This document shows positions 58,301 to 64,000 of a DNA stretch of 64,000 bases, one piece after another; positions within the stretch are counted from its first letter, which is position 1, and each line of letters opens with the position of its first letter. Position numbers and translations under genes: made by a program. The stretch lies in the NCBI GenBank assembly GCA_964408285.1, contig CAYOYV010000003.1, positions 1 through 64,000 on the forward strand. Direction: 5' to 3'. The DNA comes from an uncultured Nitrososphaerota archaeon. GTDB lineage: Archaea; Thermoproteota; EX4484-205; JAAOZO01. The notes under the pieces are model-generated. The model was given only the letters and a program-made list of their open reading frames with translations. It ran no database searches and had not been told where the DNA came from.

Positions 58301-59419
58301 CTATTTCGCAATCTTGTGTGTCGCGACCACTGCAAGAGTGCCCAGGCATACAGTCGCACAGGCAATATATGGTCCCTGCAGCGCATATTGTGCTACCCAT
58401 CCTCCCACGAAAGGGCCTAAGAGATAACCCAATCCAATGCTTCCTTCGAAGAAACCGGCATACCTCGTTCTATTTCTAGCTTGAACGCTTAGGGCCGTTC
58501 TTATAGATGCTGCATAAACCAAACCGGCGCCGAACCCGAGGAACATGCCGAAAGAGAGAACCATCTCAGGATTCCTGCTCAAGGAAACGGGCATTATTGC
58601 CAAGGCCATCAGCGCGGATCCGGCGATAGCAAGTGAGCCAAAACTTCTCCCCAGCTTCCTGAAAAGCAAGAAGATCAGGGTTCTTCCGGTCATTATGGAG
58701 GCGACGACAAGCCCTATGATGAAGTCGGGGATCCCTATCAACTTGGCATATGGCGGATAGAGAGAGAACACAGTTCCTTGGCAGAAGGAATAGAGAAAGG
58801 CTGTGAGCCACACCGGTTTCAGAGCCAATGGGTCTGGTGGCTCTGCTTCATTCCCCATATCGTTTGTCTCATTTCGCTCTTCCCGACTGATAGATACAAA
58901 TGCAAGGGCGGCGACACAGAGGCATAGCGACATCACCATCCCCGGGAGAAAGGCGTCTCGATATCCCCCAATTCCAAGAAACCAGCTTGAGCCCAATGCA
59001 CCTGCAGCTGCACCAAGGCTCCACGCAACGCCGAAGTTGGAGACCATCTCTGGACCTCCAAGTCCAGCGCTCTCAGCCAATAGGGCCTCGACTGCAGGCC
59101 ATAGCAGGGCCATTCCAATACCATCAACAAGCCTCGCACCCATCAGATGAAGGGGAGAAGAAGATGTGAAATAGAGCAAGCAAGCCAAGGAGTAGGTCAA
59201 CGCACTGGCCGCTAGCAAGATTCTCTTGCCGAATCTTAGAGCAAGCTTTCCCGCAATGAATGATAAAGGAATGTATACGAGGAAGGTGGCACTTCCGATG
59301 AAGCCCAACTCGATTTGGGAAGCGCCCATGCTCAATCCCAATAGAGGAACAATGGGGGTGAACAATCCATTCAACAGGGACATCAGGAAACTTGCCGCAT
59401 ATGAGAAGCGGACATTCAT
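58301..59419 (-). CDS. MFS transporter
   Basis: ~12 TMs, AGKLALRFGKR (motif A-like), ARLVDGIG, GPFVGG. Confidence 0.9.
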   Translation of the reverse strand: MNVRFSYAASFLMSLLNGLFTPIVPLLGLSMGASQIELGFIGSATFLVYIPLSFIAGKLALRFGKRILLAASALTYSLACLLYFTSSSPLHLMGARLVDGIGMALLWPAVEALLAESAGLGGPEMVSNFGVAWSLGAAAGALGSSWFLGIGGYRDAFLPGMVMSLCLCVAALAFVSISREERNETNDMGNEAEPPDPLALKPVWLTAFLYSFCQGTVFSLYPPYAKLIGIPDFIIGLVVASIMTGRTLIFLLFRKLGRSFGSLAIAGSALMALAIMPVSLSRNPEMVLSFGMFLGFGAGLVYAASIRTALSVQARNRTRYAGFFEGSIGLGYLLGPFVGGWVAQYALQGPYIACATVCLGTLAVVATHKIAK

Positions 59420-59556
59420 TTCCCTTCTTCCACTGTCCAATGCCCCCCTCCTTCTCCTTGAGCTATACAATGTCACAGAAAAAGGTTCCTAACCTTGTAT
59501 CGAGACTCCACCAATGAAAGCCCCAATTGAAGTCTTATGGCAGCTGTCTGTTAGAT

Positions 59557-60126
59557 TCACGGTGCTGCATGCCCAAGGAGTGCGGAAATCTCCTTGCAGA
59601 TAATCAAAGGCAATTCATGCCTGTTCTTGATGGTGATTTCTATTGTCTTTGAGTCGGGACGAGAGCGTACTTCCTCTATCAATGAGTTTCTTGCCCTGAA
59701 ATGAATTGTGGCAAGGATTGGTTTTTCCACTCGAATCGCCTTTCTCACGATGCTTCTGAATTCAGGACTCAGAAGCTCCATCGGACCGATCTCGTCAATA
59801 CCTATCAAATCACAATACTCTATTGCTCGGTCTATAGCGCCTACTCCTATTGCCAGAAGATCCACAAGATTGACTCCATATTTCCCCAGTCGGGGTCCGT
59901 CGAGGTTCGCAACGGACGCAAGCTCACCAATCCTCCCGGTATTGATGTCCCTGATGCTGAAACCAATCCTGTCATTCCCTCTGACGAGCTCAGAGGTGAC
60001 CATTCCCCCGACATCATATCCCAAGTTCTTCATCAAGTCAATCGTCTTCAAGAACGCCGTGGTTTTTCCGATTCTAGGGGGCCCAGTTAGAAGGAAGATC
60101 TTGGATCGGCCTTCTCTGTCGTTCAA
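59557..60126 (-). CDS. Nucleoside-triphosphatase, THEP1/NTPase_1 family
   Basis: LTGPPRIGKTT, GGMVT.E...RIGF, IDEIGPMEL, ATIH. Confidence 0.92.
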   Translation of the reverse strand: MNDREGRSKIFLLTGPPRIGKTTAFLKTIDLMKNLGYDVGGMVTSELVRGNDRIGFSIRDINTGRIGELASVANLDGPRLGKYGVNLVDLLAIGVGAIDRAIEYCDLIGIDEIGPMELLSPEFRSIVRKAIRVEKPILATIHFRARNSLIEEVRSRPDSKTIEITIKNRHELPLIICKEISALLGHAAP

Positions 60127-60249
60127 CTGATTGGTCGCCCCAGAGGATCTTCCCCAAGAACTTAAGCACTTTGCGCCAGCTATTCAAGAATCATAAAGCG
60201 GAAATCGAAAAAGGAAATCCTTAAAATGGGTATTCGAAGAACGCTTTCA

Positions 60250-60585
60250 ATGGCAGCAACAATAGTTCTGGCGGCCTCGAAGTCAAGCAAGGCTTGCAGG
60301 GCATTTGCAAGGGAACTCGTGAACAGAGGACTGGTGGCAAGCGCAACTTTGTTTCCCGCGCCAGTCTCAGTAATCAGAAGCACCGGGGAGGGGACGGAGA
60401 AAGTCGTGGAATATTTGACAATGTTAGTGACAGATGACAAGGTTGTTTCCAATGTGGTGGATTTTCTCAAGGCAGGTCCAGCATATCAGATAACGAAGGT
60501 AATAGCAGTCCCGATTTCCGGCGGAGCTTGGGACTATCTGAGCAAGGTCTCAGGAATGGCTTCTTCAAACAAGAATCTGAGATAG
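60250..60585 (+). CDS. Divergent CutA1-like protein
   Basis: ARELV..GLVAS, E...LVT, PAYQITKVIAVPI.GG..DYL match the CutA pattern, but key residues are substituted. Confidence 0.6.
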   Translation: MAATIVLAASKSSKACRAFARELVNRGLVASATLFPAPVSVIRSTGEGTEKVVEYLTMLVTDDKVVSNVVDFLKAGPAYQITKVIAVPISGGAWDYLSKVSGMASSNKNLR

Positions 60586-60634
60586 CCCTGTGGTTGGGAC
60601 CACGTTTATTTCCCGACCCTCAGTTGGTATGCAC

Positions 60635-61627
60635 ATGGCACCAAGATATGTTGCCGGATTCGATGGGGGAGCCACCAAGACGAATGCCATGATCGCAACC
60701 GAGGACGGTAATGTGCTGAGCCTCGCGACAAGTGGCCCTTCAAACTATCACGTGGTTGGACTGAAAGGAGCCGGTGAATCTATCTTGAACTCCTTCCAAG
60801 AGGCAGCCAAGAAAGCAGGACTGAGAAAAAAGAAAGTGGATGTCGCGATTGCGGGTCTCGCAGGTCTTGATTGTGGCTATGATGAGAGAGTCCTCAGCAG
60901 TGCTTTGACCGGGTTGGGACTCGCTGATCAGTTCAAGGTGGTTCACGATACCACGATCGCGCTCTATGGCGCCACCGGTGGCCAAGCAGGGGTCATCGTG
61001 ATAGCAGGCACCGGTTCCGTTGCCGCGGGAATGGACGGAAAAGGCGCAGCTTTCAGAGTTGGCGGATGGGGGCCCACCTTGGGAGACGAGGGAAGTGGCT
61101 ACGAGATCGGCCGTAAAGCTCTTTCTGCAGCAATGATGGCTTTTGACGGTCGGCTTCCCAGGACAGAACTAGAGGAAGAGATCAGAAGGGCGCTCAGACT
61201 GGATTCGACCGACGGGATCATGATGAAAGTCTATGGAGAGAGAATGAGCGTCACGCAAATCGCCGCACTGGCACCGATCGTCACAGAACTGGCCAAGAAA
61301 GGAGATCAGGTGGCTTCGAACATAGTCAGAGAGACAGTGGAATCCTTGGCATCCTTAGCAAAGGCGACAATAGTAAGGACCGGACTGAAGAACCGAACCT
61401 TCCCATTGGCCACAATAGGGGGCGTTTTCCGAGCAGGTGATGTAATCGTTAGACCCTTCACTCTCTCAGTAATGCTAGAGGCTCCGGGAGCAATGATAGG
61501 AAAGCCTAGGATGGGGCCCGCTCTTGGTTCGGTCCTAGCGGCGCTCGAGATCGCGAAGGGCGGACTGACTCAGGAGATCATCGACAAGGTGGAGCAAACT
61601 GGAAGGGAGATAGAGACTACAGGTTAG
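60635..61627 (+). CDS. BadF/BadG/BcrA/BcrD ATPase family, N-acetylglucosamine kinase-like
   Basis: GFDGGATKT, GPSN, HD..IAL, IAGTGS, GGWG..LGDEGSG. Confidence 0.9.
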   Translation: MAPRYVAGFDGGATKTNAMIATEDGNVLSLATSGPSNYHVVGLKGAGESILNSFQEAAKKAGLRKKKVDVAIAGLAGLDCGYDERVLSSALTGLGLADQFKVVHDTTIALYGATGGQAGVIVIAGTGSVAAGMDGKGAAFRVGGWGPTLGDEGSGYEIGRKALSAAMMAFDGRLPRTELEEEIRRALRLDSTDGIMMKVYGERMSVTQIAALAPIVTELAKKGDQVASNIVRETVESLASLAKATIVRTGLKNRTFPLATIGGVFRAGDVIVRPFTLSVMLEAPGAMIGKPRMGPALGSVLAALEIAKGGLTQEIIDKVEQTGREIETTG

Positions 61628-62996
61628 CCCCCTGGTTCCTTAGGGCTTCTCTAAGCTTCTTGCCATCAAGCTTTCTCGGCATGATGCCCAGCCTAACGCA
61701 AAGAGATGCAGCTGTGCCCGCTGCTTCGCCGACGGCCCTCATGTTTGGGATAATCCTCACGGCTGCCTGCGCCTCGAAGGTTGCAGATAGGCATCTGCCT
61801 GACACCAATAGTCCGTCAATGATCTGTGGCACAAGGCATCTGTAAGGAATCTCGTGGTATTCGTCCGGCCTAAGTTCCCTTTGCCCAGCCAGCATAGGCA
61901 TCGGAAGATGAATATCGATGGGATATCTGTTTCGGGCGATTGCATCGTCGAACTTCCGTGCACGGAAATAGTCATCCGCAGTGAGCACATACTCTCCCTT
62001 TATCCTTCTCGACTCTCTGACGCCAATCATGGGTGCGACCTGGGACAAATAGGCCTCCTCAAAGCCCTCTAGATATCTTCTCATGAATCTAACGAGACGC
62101 GCTATCCTCTCCCTGCCTTGTATCTGGGCCTGAGTCAAGTGCGAAGGATCAAACCCCTTCAGATTGCCCATGATCCTTGGGCAGTTGAAACCAATTTCGC
62201 CTGGTCTTCCGGGTATCTCAAATGCTTGGAAATAGGCTGTGTCTTCCTCCTGCAATATCCCCTCTCTGACTGCCTTTCGAAATGTCTCCTCAAGCGGATG
62301 ATCTCTGCCTGGAACCATCCAGAATTCAAGACCTGGCCTTCCATATTCGCCTTGGGGATCCTTCCCCTTGATGAATCGTCGCAGCCTTTCCAGATCCACA
62401 TTTCCCACGAAAAATCTCAGTGACATAGGCTGGCTGACACCGTCTGATCTGCCAGACTCACACGGGACCCCTGCCCTGAACGAAATGTCCGCGTCTCCCG
62501 TAGCATCGATAGTTATCCTTGACATTATCGCGCTTCTCCCAGATTTCGATTCGATCATGACTCCCTTGACAGTGTTCCCTTCCATAATCGGCTTGGTGGC
62601 AAAAATGTGATACAGAAGACCGCATCCAGACGTGAGTGCCATTTCTTCCAGAACGATTTTCAACGCTTCAGGATTGAACCAGCTTTCGCTCCCCCAGCTG
62701 TTCTGTCCTCCTTCTCCCATACTCGCGAGCTTCCCCTGGATTTCCGACGAGATGCCGGTGTTCAGCGGCTGTGAATTGACATGGTTGAGCATCATCGGAA
62801 AGACCAGACCTCCGGTTGTCGTGCCACCGAGGAAGCCCAGTTGCTCAATCACCAAGGTCTTCACCCCATTTCTTGCAGCCGCAATGCCAGCAACGGATCC
62901 AGCAGTTCCGCCCCCTACAACAAGCACATCAACATCTGCAGTGACTGGAATGTTTGCGTTCACCTCATGGATCTCATCAGGGAGAGTCTGTTGCAT
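61617..62996 (-). CDS. FAD-dependent oxidoreductase (FAD_oxidored-type)
   Basis: DVLVVGGGTAG, LGGTTTGG, IDATGDAD, GVRESRRI.G.Y, IPYRCLVP, SGRCLS, GEAAG. Confidence 0.9.
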   Translation of the reverse strand: MQQTLPDEIHEVNANIPVTADVDVLVVGGGTAGSVAGIAAARNGVKTLVIEQLGFLGGTTTGGLVFPMMLNHVNSQPLNTGISSEIQGKLASMGEGGQNSWGSESWFNPEALKIVLEEMALTSGCGLLYHIFATKPIMEGNTVKGVMIESKSGRSAIMSRITIDATGDADISFRAGVPCESGRSDGVSQPMSLRFFVGNVDLERLRRFIKGKDPQGEYGRPGLEFWMVPGRDHPLEETFRKAVREGILQEEDTAYFQAFEIPGRPGEIGFNCPRIMGNLKGFDPSHLTQAQIQGRERIARLVRFMRRYLEGFEEAYLSQVAPMIGVRESRRIKGEYVLTADDYFRARKFDDAIARNRYPIDIHLPMPMLAGQRELRPDEYHEIPYRCLVPQIIDGLLVSGRCLSATFEAQAAVRIIPNMRAVGEAAGTAASLCVRLGIMPRKLDGKKLREALRNQGANL

Positions 62997-63095
62997 CGTC
63001 TATGCTTGTGGGCGCGCAATCATAAACGTATCCGCGGATGGCTGGCAAGCCCGTTACTTGAGACAGAGCTGCAAAGCCATTGAACGAAATTGCTG

Positions 63096-63563
63096 CTAGA
63101 GGCATTCGCGCGATCGTTCGAACTGGGGAAACGGGCTCTGAGATTGTTCTCCGATGCAGGTAACAGTCAGTCTCCTGTCCCTCGACCTGGTATCAAGTTC
63201 CATGAAGACCACTTGTTGCCATGTTCCGGTCTCGAGTTTGCCCTCTGTGATGGGAATGGTGAGGCTGGGTCCAATCATGGAAGCCCTCACGTGAGAATGT
63301 CCGTTTCCATCATGCCACATTTTCTCATGCTCGTATTCGGCGTTCCTAGGCGCGATTCTCTCAAGAGCATATTCCAGATCTTTCATCAGGCCGGGTTCGT
63401 ATTCGATTGTGGTAATCGCTCCGGTCGAGCCAGCAACGAAAACATTGAGCAATCCCTCCCTTATCTCGGATTTGGAGACAATATCCTGTAGTCTATCTGT
63501 TATGTTTGTGATGGTCATCTCGCCTCTCGTCGTAAGGTCAAGCTGCACCCGCCTTATTTTCAA
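63096..63563 (-). CDS. yjbQ: Secondary thiamine-phosphate synthase YjbQ family
   Basis: GSTGAIT.IEYEPGL, Y.H...DGNGHSH, GTWQQ...ELD. Confidence 0.9.
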   Translation of the reverse strand: MKIRRVQLDLTTRGEMTITNITDRLQDIVSKSEIREGLLNVFVAGSTGAITTIEYEPGLMKDLEYALERIAPRNAEYEHEKMWHDGNGHSHVRASMIGPSLTIPITEGKLETGTWQQVVFMELDTRSRDRRLTVTCIGEQSQSPFPQFERSRECL

Positions 63564-63749
63564 CCTAAGTCAAGACCTCCGTGAACGGGACTTAGGGGAA
63601 CGTTTTAAGACATTCGCATTCTCATTGATCTGTACATGATTACGTCTTGCTTTGCGATTTTCCTCTCGACATTTCCACTTTATCGGTCCCCTGTCTCCCG
63701 GGAATAACTAACCCCACAGTTAATCTATCTATAGTCAAGAATCCGTTCG

Positions 63750-64000
63750 ATGTTGAAGGTAATAGTGGGACCTTCTGATGGCTATGTTGAAAGTGAAATA
63801 GCATCGAATAGGAAAAAAGGAAAGAAAGTGGTGGTAATCTCGTCAGAACATGGATTTGATCCGCTGGAGCTTGCGAGAATCTCCAAGATGAATGCACTGG
63901 ATCCAAAGTTCATCTTAAGCGGGGTATACGTGTCTCGAGCTTTCAATGTGTTTCAGGCTGAGAAACTTGTCTCTGAACTTGGTCCGGAGAAAGCTAACTC
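63750..64000 (+). CDS. RadA/RecA-like protein with degenerate Walker A (3' truncated by the window)
   Basis: Manual translation MLKVIVGPSDGYVESE...VVVISSEHGFDPLELARISKMNALDPKFILSGVYVSRAFNVFQ matches the RadA FDP...LDP...L..I...RAF...Q pattern; open to the window edge. Confidence 0.65.
   Translation, partial: MLKVIVGPSDGYVESEIASNRKKGKKVVVISSEHGFDPLELARISKMNALDPKFILSGVYVSRAFNVFQAEKLVSELGPEKAN

Noticed and set aside
59510-59535. AATGAAAG/ATTGAAG resembling CRISPR repeat ends
   Set aside because: No repeat-spacer periodicity and no cas genes.
29199-60126. yjjX, THEP1 NTPase, endonuclease IV and the nucleoside ABC as one nucleotide-sanitation system
   Set aside because: Scattered housekeeping genes with no operon linkage.
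63640-63906. 88-aa minus-strand ORF
   Set aside because: Antisense to the better-supported RadA-like ORF and has no motifs.

Overview
Gene-dense archaeal chromosomal window. The archaeal call rests on a class I LysRS, a tRNA-Arg with a BHB intron and no encoded CCA, TATA-type promoters and a pyruvoyl arginine decarboxylase. A Bathyarchaeia-like Thermoproteota lineage is my inference only. Left to right: (1) a surface-glycosylation operon with two large GT-C-like membrane proteins, two GT2s, an AKR and a B12-radical SAM enzyme with an odd Cx7Cx2C motif; (2) a probable catabolic island with three URO-D/MtaA-fold proteins, three amidohydrolases, a DegT aminotransferase and a C45 Ntn-hydrolase; (3) a compact two-gene unit, a YwgA/Panacea-like small protein plus a nucleotide-kinase-like domain fused to an NDT/DNPH1-type N-glycosidase, which is the best candidate for an undescribed TA/defence or nucleotide-pool system; (4) transporters, including an ABC exporter whose second subunit is split at an ATGA overlap; (5) grpE-dnaK-dnaJ, a TtuA/Ncs6 homologue and a convergent split APH-like/AAA_33 kinase pair; (6) a BMP nucleoside ABC importer, a surface protein, pdaD, endonuclease IV, lysS and tRNA-Arg(UCG); (7) GH172, a core MetE-like protein, a degenerate CutA, a BadF kinase, YjbQ and a truncated RadA-like ORF missing from the ORF track. 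I saw no CRISPR array, rRNA, integrase or transposase. All product calls come from motif recognition by eye; no database searches were run.
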